From assembly GCA_038207335.1 (NCBI GenBank), contig JBBQZX010000012.1:72646-136645 (forward strand): DNA of 64,000 nucleotides, given 5' to 3'. The notes under the pieces are model-generated. The model saw only the letters and a list, made by a program, of their open reading frames with translations. It made no database searches and had not been told where the DNA came from. Origin of the DNA: Chthoniobacterales bacterium (GTDB taxonomy: Bacteria > Verrucomicrobiota > Verrucomicrobiia > Chthoniobacterales > Chthoniobacteraceae). A program made the position numbers and the translations under genes. Positions 18,983 to 29,499 of the stretch are shown one piece after another (the stretch's first letter is position 1; each line of letters starts with the position of its first letter).

Positions 18983-21826
18983 TCAGCCTTTGCGGCGGCG
19001 GGTGCGCTGCATCCCGACGAGCATTCCAAAGCCGCCGAGCAGGAGGGCTACGGAGCCGGGCTCGGGGACGACTTGGAACTGGAGCGCGCCGCCGCTCAGG
19101 GCGAAGGTGCCGGTGTAGCCGCCGGTGAGCCCGATATAGCTGAAATCGCCCACGGAGAAGCCCGTGGAGGAGCCGAAGGTGGCGAGCGTGTAGGTCGTGG
19201 GGGACGCGGCGGTGCCGATGCCGCTGTTTTGGAAATCGAACACGAATGTCGAGCCGGTGCCTTTTCCAAAGACGCCGCTGCCGAGGGAGATCAAGTCGGA
19301 GGTGCTGCCGACGTTGCTCAGCTCGAATTTCATCTGGGCAAAGGCGCCGGCGGTCTCGCCGTTCCACGTCAGGTTGCCGTTGGCCGTGCTGAGGGTGCCG
19401 ATGCTCGCGCCCGGTGCGATCGCGCCGTCTGCATTCAGCATGATCGAGCCGACGGTGCCGTCGCCGCCGAGGGTGCCACCCGCATTCACCACCGCCGTGC
19501 TGCCGACTGCCGAGCCGCTGACGAGCAGCGTGCCGCCGTTCACGGTGGTGGGGCCGTTGTAAGTGTTGATGCCGGAGACGGTCAGGGCTCCGATGCCGGA
19601 CTTCGTGAGGCCGCCGTCGATGGCCGCGTCGCCGAGGGTCGAGTGCGTCAGGGTTTGAGCGATCGTGAAATCGAAGCCGTTGCTGTCGAATTTCGCGCCC
19701 CCGTCGCGGACGTTGCTCGCGATGGTGCCCGCGATGGCCGCGCCGGTGCCGGTCGCTTGGAAGGTGCCGCCGTTGTAATTGATGACCGCCGTCGTGACTG
19801 CGCCGACGCCCTTGGTGATCGAGCGGTTGGTGGAAAGGGTGCCGCCGTCGAGATTGATCGTGCCGGTTCCCACTGTGGCGTCCGATGAGCCGAGGATGAA
19901 CGCTCCGGTGGTCACTCCCGTGCTGAACAAGCCCGTGTTCGAGACCGTGAGAGTGCCGGTGCCGGCCGTGTGCGCTCCATCGTAGCTGTCGCCGACGCGG
20001 ACAGGGGTATTCGCGCCCACTAGGAACGAGCCTCCGGTGATGTTCAGCAATCCCGTCGCGGCACCGCTGCTGATGAACAAGCCCACGGTGGCGTTCGAGT
20101 TAAACGTGCCAGCGGTCAGGGTCAGCGTGCTGTTGATGTTGTCGCCGATGCCGGTGTAGCCGCCTGTGTTCGTCACGTTTCCCGAGACGTTCACGTTGCC
20201 GCCGTTGAGATTGAACTTGCTGTTGGTGTTCACAGTCCCGGAGATGTCCGTATTTCCGCCGGAGGCCACAAATTGCGCGACCGTGGTGGTGCCACTCAGC
20301 GAGAGGGTGTTGGCTCCGCTTTTCACCACGCCGATGGTCGTGCCCGCGCTGGTGGCGGCACCGAGGTCCGCGGTCTGCGCGTAATCGCCGTTGGTGGTAT
20401 CGATGAGGACGAACGAGCCGTTGGCAAAGGTCGCGTTGGAAAGCAGCGTCGCGAAATCCGCGGTGCTGATGCCCGCGCCGCCGACGCGCCCGCCGAGCGT
20501 CGCGTTGATGGAGACGCTGTAGCGGCCGGCAGTAGCGAAGCCTGGGAGGGAGCCGGTATCATTTGCACTCAAGGTTCCGAGTTGCACGGCGACATTGCCG
20601 GTGAAGGTGTTGGCACCGCTGAGTGTGAGAATCCCATTGCCCCGCTTGATGAGGCCACCATCGGTCGCGGCGACTCCGCCGTGGGCGAAGTTCACGGGCA
20701 TCGCCACGTTGAAGTTGTTCGTGTCGATAATCGCCCCGCCTTCCTTCACGTTCGCCGTGATCGTGTTCAGGATCGTGAGCGCGCTTCCGTTCGCCTTCAG
20801 CGTGCCGCCGTTAAAATTGAAAATGCTCGCCTTCGTGCCCGTGCCGACGATGCCCGTGCCAGGGGCGATCACGCTATTCGTGGCGAGCGTGCCACCGTCC
20901 AGATTGATCGTGCCCGAGCCGTTGTTGACATTGCCGACGCGAATGTTGCCCGTCGCGACGCCCGTGGTGAACAGTCCGGCGTCGGAGATCGTGAGCACGC
21001 CGGTGCCGTTGAAGAGGTTATTATATCCCGTGCCGATGTGGACCGTGCTGGTTGTCGTGAGCGTGCCGCCGGAGACATTCACGATCCCGGTGGACGAATT
21101 GGAGTTCGCATTGGTCGCGAGGAAGAAGGTCTGGTTCGTGGTGAATGTGCCCGCAGTGACATTGAGGGTGGCATTTGACCCGTCGCCCACCCCTGTGTAG
21201 CCGCCAGCCGTGATGTTCACCGTGCCGCTGGAGTTAAAGGAGACGCCGTTGGTGAGCGAAAACTTCCCGGGCGAAAAAGCAGTGCCGGTGTAGTTCAGTG
21301 TCCCGGACGACATGGTGAGCGCGCCAGCACCGCCGGTGATTCCCGTGCCGATGTTTAGGATATTCCCGGCACCGATGTTCCAGGTCTGGGTCGCGCTGAC
21401 GTTGATCGCCGAATTGATCGTCGTGGTGCCGCCGACAAGCGACGACGTATTGATGCCGCTCCCGGCGATCGTGAGCGTATTCCCGGAGGCGAGGGTGTAC
21501 CCGCTCGTGGAAAAAATGAGCCCCTGCGCGGTGATCCCGGCGGTCGGCGTCACTGTGCCCGCCGTGCCGGAAAAGGTGGCGGTGTTCGTGTTGAGGTTCG
21601 GCCAGACTGAATCGATTCCGCTACCGGCGAGCTCCCAGAAGCTCGAGGTCGTATTCCAATTGCCCGTCCCGCCCGAACCAGGGTCTGCCGCGATGGCGCT
21701 GGGATCCCAGAAATAATTCGCGGCCTTCGCCGCAGGCGCGGTGAGCAGGAGGGCGGGGCAAATCACAACGGCCAGTGCGGCGCTGCGACGGAAGAAGGTG
21801 GCGGAAGAATTCGGGCGTGCTTTCAT
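18983..21826 (-). CDS. PEP-CTERM surface protein with autotransporter-associated beta-strand repeats
   Basis: Signal peptide ending AAKA; GGLIKRGNGILTLSGANTFTG-type repeats; VPEPGS, hydrophobic helix, RTRRRKG. Confidence 0.9.
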   Translation of the reverse strand: MKARPNSSATFFRRSAALAVVICPALLLTAPAAKAANYFWDPSAIAADPGSGGTGNWNTTSSFWELAGSGIDSVWPNLNTNTATFSGTAGTVTPTAGITAQGLIFSTSGYTLASGNTLTIAGSGINTSSLVGGTTTINSAINVSATQTWNIGAGNILNIGTGITGGAGALTMSSGTLNYTGTAFSPGKFSLTNGVSFNSSGTVNITAGGYTGVGDGSNATLNVTAGTFTTNQTFFLATNANSNSSTGIVNVSGGTLTTTSTVHIGTGYNNLFNGTGVLTISDAGLFTTGVATGNIRVGNVNNGSGTINLDGGTLATNSVIAPGTGIVGTGTKASIFNFNGGTLKANGSALTILNTITANVKEGGAIIDTNNFNVAMPVNFAHGGVAATDGGLIKRGNGILTLSGANTFTGNVAVQLGTLSANDTGSLPGFATAGRYSVSINATLGGRVGGAGISTADFATLLSNATFANGSFVLIDTTNGDYAQTADLGAATSAGTTIGVVKSGANTLSLSGTTTVAQFVASGGNTDISGTVNTNSKFNLNGGNVNVSGNVTNTGGYTGIGDNINSTLTLTAGTFNSNATVGLFISSGAATGLLNITGGSFLVGANTPVRVGDSYDGAHTAGTGTLTVSNTGLFSTGVTTGAFILGSSDATVGTGTINLDGGTLSTNRSITKGVGAVTTAVINYNGGTFQATGTGAAIAGTIASNVRDGGAKFDSNGFDFTIAQTLTHSTLGDAAIDGGLTKSGIGALTVSGINTYNGPTTVNGGTLLVSGSAVGSTAVVNAGGTLGGDGTVGSIMLNADGAIAPGASIGTLSTANGNLTWNGETAGAFAQMKFELSNVGSTSDLISLGSGVFGKGTGSTFVFDFQNSGIGTAASPTTYTLATFGSSTGFSVGDFSYIGLTGGYTGTFALSGGALQFQVVPEPGSVALLLGGFGMLVGMQRTRRRKG

Positions 21827-22027
21827 GAGTGGATTTCGATGGGAACCTACCCTGTTCGGGTACTCTGCGGGCCCTGTCCAGTGATTAACTTTATCAAAAC
21901 AGCAATGAAGCAGACGCGTGCTCTTTTTCGCGTTTGCCACACTACGCCCTGTCCCTCTTCTTCCCCGAACTGCCTACTCCATTGGACACCTCCTCGCCGC
22001 ACCGCGGGCGAGTGAGAGTAGGCGCGC

Positions 22028-25000
22028 TCAGCTTTGCCGGCGGCGGAAGCGCTGCATGCCGAGGAGGAGTCCGAGGCCGCTGAGGAGCGTGGCGATGCTG
22101 CCGGGCTCGGGGACGGCGAGGAGGACTTGCGTGTTCACCGGGTCGATCACGATGGAGGCGAAGGGATGCGCGGTGAGGAAGGCGCTGTCGAGCGCGTAGC
22201 CGTTGTCCGTGAAGGTGCCGGAGTAGTCGAAGAGGACGTACTTCACGTTGTTTCCCAGCAAGCCGCCGAGTTCCGAGATGAAGATCGTGCCGCCGAGCGT
22301 GAGGCTGCCGTTGACGAGGACGAGGTCGTTGATGCCCGCGCCCGCGACGGTGTTGCCCATCGTGAGCTCGAAGCGGCTCGCGCTCGCAGTGTTGAGGCTC
22401 AGGTCGCCGGTGGTCAGCGTGCCAGGGCTGTTGCCGGGCGAGAGCGTGGTATTCGCGCCGAGGGAAACCGCCCCGGCAATCGTGCCGCTCCCGCCGAGCG
22501 TGCCGGCGGTGACATTCACCGAGCCCGCGACGGAGCCATTCAGCGCGAGCGTGCCCGCGCCGGATTTGGTGAGCGTGACGCTCCCGCTGATCGCGCCGGC
22601 GACGGCGAGATCGTTCGCTGCTGCTGCGCTGTCTTCGACGTTGAACGTGCGATCGACAGCACCGAGATCAATGGCTCCGAGCGTCGCGCCGATTCCACCG
22701 CCCGCGGCTTCGTAGTGGATGCCGCCAGCGTTCGCGGTGGCGTTGGTGAGACTGAGCGTGGCGGCGAGTGAGGTATCCCGGAGGATGAGCGCGTCGGTGA
22801 AGGAGTTGAAGGTGATGCCGTTCGTGACTCCGCGTCCGTCGAGGGTGATCGAGGCGGCGTTCGTGAGCGTGCCTTGCCGGAAATTGAGCTGCGAGAGCGT
22901 CGCACTGCCGGGCGTGGTGTCCCCTGCGGCGGTATTTTGCAGGCTGAGTGCGGCGGTCGGGCCGTTCACGTTAACGATCGCTTGGCTGTGGAGGTCGTCG
23001 GTTTTCGTGATGTTCCCGCCGACGACGAAGCTGCCGCCGGTCAGATTGATCGTGCCGGTCGTCGCGCCGACGGTGCCGATGAATGTGGCCAGATTCACGT
23101 CGCCGTTCGCGACGAAGCTGCCGCCCCCCATATTGATCGTGCCCGCGCCGATGGTGGCGGTGCCGGGTCCGCTGGCGGTGTCGATGGAGCCGACGGTGAC
23201 GGTGTTGACGGAGATGGCATTCGCGGCGCTGCTCCCGAGTGTAAGCGTGCCGGTGTCCGCGCCGGCGGCTCCGGCGAGCTGTTTCACGCCAATCGTGAGT
23301 GTGTCGAGGCTCGCGGTGAGCGTGCCGCCGCTGGCGTCGAACACGCCGATCGCATCGGTAACGCCGGTGCCAGCCTGGTTGTTGCGACCGATGTAGAGCG
23401 CCATCGTGTTCCCGCCGAAGCCGTTGAGATTCACCGTGCCGCCTGCCGCGATGGTGGCGGAGGCGCTCCCTTTTCTCCCGCCGAGGGTGAAGAGCGGCGT
23501 GGTCACGTTGCTGATGCCGCTGCCAAAGACGATCGAGCTGTTTCCGCCGACTTGACTCGCACCCTGGGACTGCCCGGCGCTGTCGCTGACGAGAATTTGC
23601 GTCGCGGCGGAGATGTCGTTGTTGATCGCCAGTGTCACCGTCCCTTTCGCCTCCTGGTTCGCGCCGCCGAGGCCGATGCGGACTTGATCGACATTCGCCG
23701 TGAACTTCCCGAGGCCGCCGAGATTCAGCACCGCGATCGATGTATTGGCGAGGGCAGGTGCCGTGATGACATCCGTGCCGACCTGCCCGACGTCCAGCGT
23801 GTCGCCGACGCCTTTGCCGACGGTGAGCGAATTCGACGCGCCGGTGTAGCTGAAGGTCGCGGGACCATCCGTGCCGACGCGAAGATTCCTGCCGATGGAG
23901 ACGCTCGGCGCGCTGGAGGCGACGGTCACGGTGCCCGCGTCGATGCGGAGTTCGCCGCCGAGGTCGAGCGCGGTGAGGTTGGCGTTGATCTTGCCGGGAT
24001 CGAGGTTCGTGGCGGTGAAGTTGTCCTGGAAGCGGAGGCTGCCTTCGGTGCCCGCGATGCTGCTGATCGCGCCGTTGTAGGTCAGCGTCTTTCCATTTCC
24101 AGCGGTGCCGGCGGAGATGGAAATGATCGCGGTGCCGCCGACTTCGAGCGATCGGTTGGCATTCAGCGTCGTTGTCTGTGTGACGCCGAGCGTGCCGCTG
24201 TAGATTTTCAACTGCCCCGCAGTCGGCACGGCGGGCGCGGTGCCGAGGCGCGCGTCGCTGTCGATGTTCGTCAGTGCGCCGTTGAGCGAGGTCGGTCCGG
24301 TGAAAGTGTTCGCGCCGGTGAGATTCACGGTGCCATTCCCGGTGCGCGTGAAGCCGACGGAGCCGCCCGCGTTGTCCACGATGGCCGAGGAGATGCCGAC
24401 GGTCGCCGCGCCGCTGAGTCGGAGGACGAGGTCGCTGCCCGCGGTGATCGAGCCGCCGGAGATGACGTTGTTCGCGCCCGCCGCGGTGCCCTGGTGGATG
24501 ATGCCGCCGGTATCGACGTTGAGCGTATTTCCCGCGCCGATGTTCACGCCGGAGTTTTCGATCGCAAAGTTCAGCGAGTTCACCGTGGTCGTCCCGGCGG
24601 GAAGCGCGACGAGGCTGGCGACGGTGTTCTTCACGTTGGAAGCAGTCGTCCACGAAGCGGGCGCGAGGTCGTTGCTGTAAGCCGCGATTTTCACGGACGC
24701 AAACGTCGTCGTGTTGTAGGTCGCGAAGTCGGTGAGGCCGTAGTAGGCCCAGCCGCCGATGAGGCCGTCGTTGAGCGTCGGCGCGGCGGTGAAGGCGATC
24801 GTCGCGCGCGTGTTTGCGCCGAGGATGCCCGCAGTCTCGGTGCCATTTGCCTGCGAGCGGAAAAAGACCGCGCCGCCGATGCTGCGCTGGAGTGAGGTGA
24901 AGGTGAGCGCCGAGGTATTCGCGCTGGCTGTCTGATCGGAGAAGACGCTGCCGGAGCCCGCCTGCACATCGAGCGTGCCCGCGGTTTCCGAGTAGTTTGC

Positions 25001-27775
25001 TCCGGTGGCGTTGTTGTCGAAATCAAAGTTGCCGCCGCGCAGCGTGACGGTCTGCGTCGGGACGCGGTCGGTTTGGTTCGCGCCGCTGTTGTTGCTGAGC
25101 CGCAGCGTCGCGCCGTCGGAGATCAGGATCGGTGCCGCGCCCGTGATGCGTCCGTTGCCGTTGCCGCTGAGGAGGAGCACGCCGCCGCGCACCGTCGTGC
25201 CGCCAGAGTAGCTGCTGGTGAGCGGCAGCGTCAGCGTCTGCGGCCCGGTTTTCACAAAGGCCAGCGTGCCAGTCGCCCCGTTGTTGATTGCGACCTGCGA
25301 GGTGGTCGAGTTCTGCGCATACTCGGTGAAGGTCGCAGGCGTGGCGCTGTTGTTCTCGATCACCATCGTGCCGCCGGAGATCGTGCTGATGTCGCGCGCG
25401 GCGGTGCTGTTGCCGTTCAGGCGCAGGATCGTGCCGCCTGCCGCATTGCCGGTGCCGAAACGCAGGACGCTGGGAGCGACCGAGCTCAGCGCGCCCGCAC
25501 TGCCGAGCGTTACGGTGCCGGAGTTGATCGTGGTCGTGCCGAGGTAGCGGTTGTCGCCGCCGAGGAAAATCGTGCTGTTCGCGCCGGAGGAGGAAAGCGT
25601 GAGCCCGCCTGAGCCCCGGAGCGACGAGTTCAGCGTGGCGGTGAACGCGCTGGCGTTGGCCGCGCTCACGACACCTTCCGCCGCGCCGAAGTCGAGGGTG
25701 CCGCCGCCGACCGTGCCCGCGCCGGTGAAGAGCACCGCGCCCGAGTTCACCTGTACCGGTGCCGCGAGCGTGACGGTGCCACTTTCGACCCGAAGCGAAT
25801 TGATGCGCGCCGCCGAGCCGACCGCTTCGCCTGTCGTCGTCACGTTTCGCAGCGTCGTGCCGGCGATCGTTGTGTCGAAATCCGCATTCGTCAGCGGGCG
25901 CAAACCGCTCGCCGCATTGTACGCGAGAAAGGTGCTGCCCGCGTCCGTTTCCGAGGTGCCGCCGATCAGGAATGGCGCAATGCTCTGCGTCGTGCCCGTG
26001 CCACCTGCGCCGCGGAGATTGAGGTTCGCCGGATTCGTCACCACGAACCGCCCCGAATCAACCGTGCCCGTCGCCACGCCGAGCCCTGTGCCGCGGACGA
26101 GCGCGACCGCGCTGTTGCCCCGCGTGATCGTGGAGAAAGTGATCTGCGCCTCCTGGCCGGTCGCCGGAGTCACGGTGAAAGAGTTGTAGCCGTTCTGCAG
26201 CTCCAGCGTCCCCGCCGTTTCCTCGAAACCGGTCGAGCCTGACGCGGGTCCGTTGAAGACCGCCGCCGCCTGCCGCAGCGAAATGATCGCCGTGTCGCCG
26301 ACGCGATTCAGCGCGCCGTTCGTCCAGACATCCGCGTTCGAGCCGAGGACGAGCGTCTCGTCGTGACCGTTGTTGTCGCCGGAGGCCAACGTGCTGGCAT
26401 TGACGAGCGAGGCATTCGGCCCGGCGAGCAGGAGCGACGACGTATTGATCGCGACCGTACCCGTGACATTCCCCGCGCCCGTGATCGTCAGCGTTCCAGC
26501 CGCGCCTTTCGTCAAGCCCGTCCCATTATTCACCGCGCCGACTGTCGTGTTTACGTTCGTCGTGATCGTCCGCGTCCCCGCCAGAAAATCCACATCCCCG
26601 AGTGTGATCGCACCCGTGCCGACAGTCGTTTGCCCGACCGTGATCGTCCCCGTGGACGTCACGTTGTTCCCGAAATTCCGCGCCGTCGCGTTATTGGACG
26701 CGATCGTGCCGCCACCGATGAAATTGATCGCCCCCACGCCGAACGCCGAGTCCCCAGTCCCCAGCACCGTCGCATTCGTCCCCCCGATATTCGTCCCACC
26801 CGAGTAAGTATTCCCCGTCGTCGGATTCAGCGTCACGATCTGCCCCGTATTATTCGCCACACTCACCTGCCCGCCACCCGAGATGTCCGTGTTGAAAGAC
26901 GTCCCATTGCTGCGGTTGAAGCGCAGGATGCCCCCGGCGTTGATCGTCACTGGGCTCACGTTCCCCGCCAGGTTCCCGACGGTCGAGTTGTTGCCCAGAT
27001 TCAGCGTCACTAGTGGATCGATCGTAAAAGCCACGTTCGCGTTATTCGTCGCGCTCTGCGCCAGCGTAAAGATCGTCGCCGTCCCGCTCGTCGTCGTGAA
27101 AAGCAGCGACGTCCCCGCCCCTCCCGTCACATTCAACGCGCTGTTCACCACGATCGTGTTCCCGTTTCCATCCATCACGTTCGTCCCATTCGTCACCGTG
27201 ATCCCGCGATTCGCAGCGATCGACGCAATTCCCGTCCCAAACTTCAGCGTCCCCCCCGACAGCTGCAACTGATCCGACACCACCGCCGCCGGAGTCGGCC
27301 CGAGCGAAAGCTCATTCGCGATCGAGAGCGTGCCACCCGAGAGGATCGTCCTCCCCGTGAAAGTATTCGCCACGTTGCTCAAGAAAAGCGTCCCAGCGCC
27401 CGACTTCGTCAGATTCGTCCCCCCTGCCAGCGTCGTCACCAGCGTCGCCGTGAAAGTCGCGTCCACCGAAATTCCGTTCGTCGTCAGCGACAGGTCACCG
27501 CCGGTCAGCGTATAGCTGTCGCGGAACGCCAAATTATTGCCCACCTCACCCACCCCCAGCGTGATCGTCGGCCCCGTCCCCGGCACCGGCGTCGGAAAGA
27601 TCAAATCATCACTGCCGATCGGCTTCACCCCCAGGCTCCAGTTCGCATTCGTATCCCACAGCGCATCGGTGCTGCCGTTCCAGATATTCTGCGCGTGGGC
27701 AGACACAGTGGCGGACACTGCCAGCGCAAACGCGGCGATGGATTTCGTGCAGATGAGACGAGTACGAGGGTGCAT
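22028..27775 (-). CDS. Large (1915 aa) PEP-CTERM protein with autotransporter-associated beta-strand repeats
   Basis: Signal peptide ending SAHA; many LTKSGAGTL..NT(F/Y)TG repeats; LSPGNSPGTLT; VPEPGS...RFRRRQS. Confidence 0.92.
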   Translation of the reverse strand: MHPRTRLICTKSIAAFALAVSATVSAHAQNIWNGSTDALWDTNANWSLGVKPIGSDDLIFPTPVPGTGPTITLGVGEVGNNLAFRDSYTLTGGDLSLTTNGISVDATFTATLVTTLAGGTNLTKSGAGTLFLSNVANTFTGRTILSGGTLSIANELSLGPTPAAVVSDQLQLSGGTLKFGTGIASIAANRGITVTNGTNVMDGNGNTIVVNSALNVTGGAGTSLLFTTTSGTATIFTLAQSATNNANVAFTIDPLVTLNLGNNSTVGNLAGNVSPVTINAGGILRFNRSNGTSFNTDISGGGQVSVANNTGQIVTLNPTTGNTYSGGTNIGGTNATVLGTGDSAFGVGAINFIGGGTIASNNATARNFGNNVTSTGTITVGQTTVGTGAITLGDVDFLAGTRTITTNVNTTVGAVNNGTGLTKGAAGTLTITGAGNVTGTVAINTSSLLLAGPNASLVNASTLASGDNNGHDETLVLGSNADVWTNGALNRVGDTAIISLRQAAAVFNGPASGSTGFEETAGTLELQNGYNSFTVTPATGQEAQITFSTITRGNSAVALVRGTGLGVATGTVDSGRFVVTNPANLNLRGAGGTGTTQSIAPFLIGGTSETDAGSTFLAYNAASGLRPLTNADFDTTIAGTTLRNVTTTGEAVGSAARINSLRVESGTVTLAAPVQVNSGAVLFTGAGTVGGGTLDFGAAEGVVSAANASAFTATLNSSLRGSGGLTLSSSGANSTIFLGGDNRYLGTTTINSGTVTLGSAGALSSVAPSVLRFGTGNAAGGTILRLNGNSTAARDISTISGGTMVIENNSATPATFTEYAQNSTTSQVAINNGATGTLAFVKTGPQTLTLPLTSSYSGGTTVRGGVLLLSGNGNGRITGAAPILISDGATLRLSNNSGANQTDRVPTQTVTLRGGNFDFDNNATGANYSETAGTLDVQAGSGSVFSDQTASANTSALTFTSLQRSIGGAVFFRSQANGTETAGILGANTRATIAFTAAPTLNDGLIGGWAYYGLTDFATYNTTTFASVKIAAYSNDLAPASWTTASNVKNTVASLVALPAGTTTVNSLNFAIENSGVNIGAGNTLNVDTGGIIHQGTAAGANNVISGGSITAGSDLVLRLSGAATVGISSAIVDNAGGSVGFTRTGNGTVNLTGANTFTGPTSLNGALTNIDSDARLGTAPAVPTAGQLKIYSGTLGVTQTTTLNANRSLEVGGTAIISISAGTAGNGKTLTYNGAISSIAGTEGSLRFQDNFTATNLDPGKINANLTALDLGGELRIDAGTVTVASSAPSVSIGRNLRVGTDGPATFSYTGASNSLTVGKGVGDTLDVGQVGTDVITAPALANTSIAVLNLGGLGKFTANVDQVRIGLGGANQEAKGTVTLAINNDISAATQILVSDSAGQSQGASQVGGNSSIVFGSGISNVTTPLFTLGGRKGSASATIAAGGTVNLNGFGGNTMALYIGRNNQAGTGVTDAIGVFDASGGTLTASLDTLTIGVKQLAGAAGADTGTLTLGSSAANAISVNTVTVGSIDTASGPGTATIGAGTINMGGGSFVANGDVNLATFIGTVGATTGTINLTGGSFVVGGNITKTDDLHSQAIVNVNGPTAALSLQNTAAGDTTPGSATLSQLNFRQGTLTNAASITLDGRGVTNGITFNSFTDALILRDTSLAATLSLTNATANAGGIHYEAAGGGIGATLGAIDLGAVDRTFNVEDSAAAANDLAVAGAISGSVTLTKSGAGTLALNGSVAGSVNVTAGTLGGSGTIAGAVSLGANTTLSPGNSPGTLTTGDLSLNTASASRFELTMGNTVAGAGINDLVLVNGSLTLGGTIFISELGGLLGNNVKYVLFDYSGTFTDNGYALDSAFLTAHPFASIVIDPVNTQVLLAVPEPGSIATLLSGLGLLLGMQRFRRRQS

Positions 27776-27933
27776 AAGAGGAAAGGGTGTGGGGAGTGAA
27801 CTGCCTGCGGAGATCGGCGGAAAAGCCAGCGTCCCTGATTACTATGTCGTTGCAACTTCGCAAGCCACAACCCCAATCCCGTTCACTTTCCTCGTAAAAC
27901 TTCCCACGTCCCAAGCTCGCAGCTGAACGGATT

Positions 27934-28380
27934 TTACGCCCGCCGACGCCAGCACAGCAACAGCCCGGCGCCACCCACCAGCATCAGCAGCGAGGAAGGC
28001 TCCGGCACCGAGGTCAACTGCAACCACCGAGATAGGTGAAGTGGTTCGAATTGTTGTTATTGATACCGGGCGTGAGCGAGATCGTCACCTCGCCTATCCC
28101 GGAGTTATTCGTAGGCACGATACCGGAAATCGATGCCGTATTGTCCACATTGCTGGCGACGTTTGACATCGTGGAACTCGTTCCGCTTGCGGACGAGATC
28201 GAATAGTTCGTTTCTCGACTTTCAACGGGGCCTTCACACCGGTCCTAGAGGCATTAGAAGGTGAACGTATACATACTGGCCAGATCGAGCCCTACCAGCT
28301 TGAACACCGGAAAGAGCTCCAGAGAGAGCCGAAATGTTCGGTGTTGCGATAGATAGAGTCCCGCGTGACTGGGAAAACGA
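27934..28380 (-). pseudogene. Degraded paralog of the 28611..29360 PEP-CTERM gene
   Basis: Manual translation: VFPVTRDSIYRNTEHF..FPVFKLVGLDLASMYTFTF/ASRTGV/RETNYSI..SNVDNTASISGIVP..TISLTPGINNNNSNHFTYL/LQLTSVPEPSSLLMLVGGAGLLLCWRRRA*, with several frameshifts and no 5' end. Confidence 0.85.
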
Positions 28381-28610
28381 GTTGCGAAAAACCCTCTGCT
28401 TCGGCGATGCCTTTCGTCAGCAAATCCTTATTTGAGAGTCGTTAAGGAGGGTTTGATTGAATCCGTGCACTGCTATCGAGCCGCGCGCGTTGATGCAATC
28501 AACGGTTCATGGGCGTTTGCCTCCCATACAGTTAGCAGCGCTTCCGTTCCTCGCGTTCCCCACAGTGGGCGACTCCCCTCTTTGCGGAGCCGCTCACTTT
28601 CCTCGGAACG

Positions 28611-29360
28611 CTAGCAGCGCCGACGGCGTGCGAGAAAGGGGAGCGCGCCCAGTAGCAGTGCGACGGTGCTCGGCTCGGGGACGGAGGTGAGCTGAAGTGC
28701 GCCGAGATAGAAGAAACGGTTGGGGTTGTTGGGGGTGGTCGGGGTGGCGGGCAGCGGAATTCCGGTGTTCGCCGTCCCGGGTGATACGACAAGGGTGATC
28801 TTCCCAAGCGCATCCGGCACGATACCGCTGAGGACGGCGGTGTTGTTCACGTTATTGGCGACGGCGAGCTCGACGAAACTGGAAGGTGCCGCGCCGGTGA
28901 GCGTGTAGCGCGTGTCGCGATTATCACCCACTCCAGTCCGCGATGCGTAGAAGGTGAAATTGTAGGTTTGGGTGAGGTCCAGATTCGTGAACTCGACCGT
29001 GGAGGTAGGGACGACAATCGCCGGGGTGCCAAAGGGGTCACCCGCATTGCCGTAAAACGAATCGCGAGTGGCGTCAGTGGGGAAAACGGTGGATGTCGTA
29101 GTCCCGTTGGTATTCGCCGCATTGAAGCGTCCGGTGATAGAGATTGTGATGCCAGTTCCGATATTCGTGTCGGAATTGACTGCGTTCGGGATGGAACCCG
29201 CCACGGGATCGGTGGTGCCGTTCCAAAATTGACCGTTGATGGCTCCCTGCACCGGGGAACCGAAATCGACGAGGACATTGGCTGCCTGCGCAACCGGAGC
29301 CGCGAGGGTCAAGATGGCAGCGAAGAAGCCTGCGCGAAGGATGTGGTGAAATGAGTGCAT
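28611..29360 (-). CDS. Small PEP-CTERM protein (249 aa), single uncharacterised beta-rich domain
   Basis: Signal peptide MHSFHHILRAGFFAAILTLAAPVAQA; VPEPSTVALLLGALPFLARRRRC. Confidence 0.88.
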   Translation of the reverse strand: MHSFHHILRAGFFAAILTLAAPVAQAANVLVDFGSPVQGAINGQFWNGTTDPVAGSIPNAVNSDTNIGTGITISITGRFNAANTNGTTTSTVFPTDATRDSFYGNAGDPFGTPAIVVPTSTVEFTNLDLTQTYNFTFYASRTGVGDNRDTRYTLTGAAPSSFVELAVANNVNNTAVLSGIVPDALGKITLVVSPGTANTGIPLPATPTTPNNPNRFFYLGALQLTSVPEPSTVALLLGALPFLARRRRC

Positions 29361-29499
29361 GATTATTCTTTCAGGTTGGAGGTTGAAACTGGGGGCCTCG
29401 GTTTCGAGCGCGAAGAAGAGCGGGTTGCAACGCGGATGCAACAAATAAATCGCGTTACTTCCAAAGCTGGCGAATCGTGCCCTTGAAATCCGCTCCCCC

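Noticed and set aside
21910..21937. Inverted repeat GCAGACGCG-N10-CGCGTTTGC as a terminator or operator
   Set aside because: No U-tract and no second copy upstream of other PEP-CTERM genes, so no function can be assigned.
22874..24895. Long antisense or alternate-frame ORFs (also 4531..6039, 29608..31605, 36377..38305, 49524..51056, 53579..55273)
   Set aside because: Shadow ORFs expected in high-GC coding DNA; no recognisable motifs.
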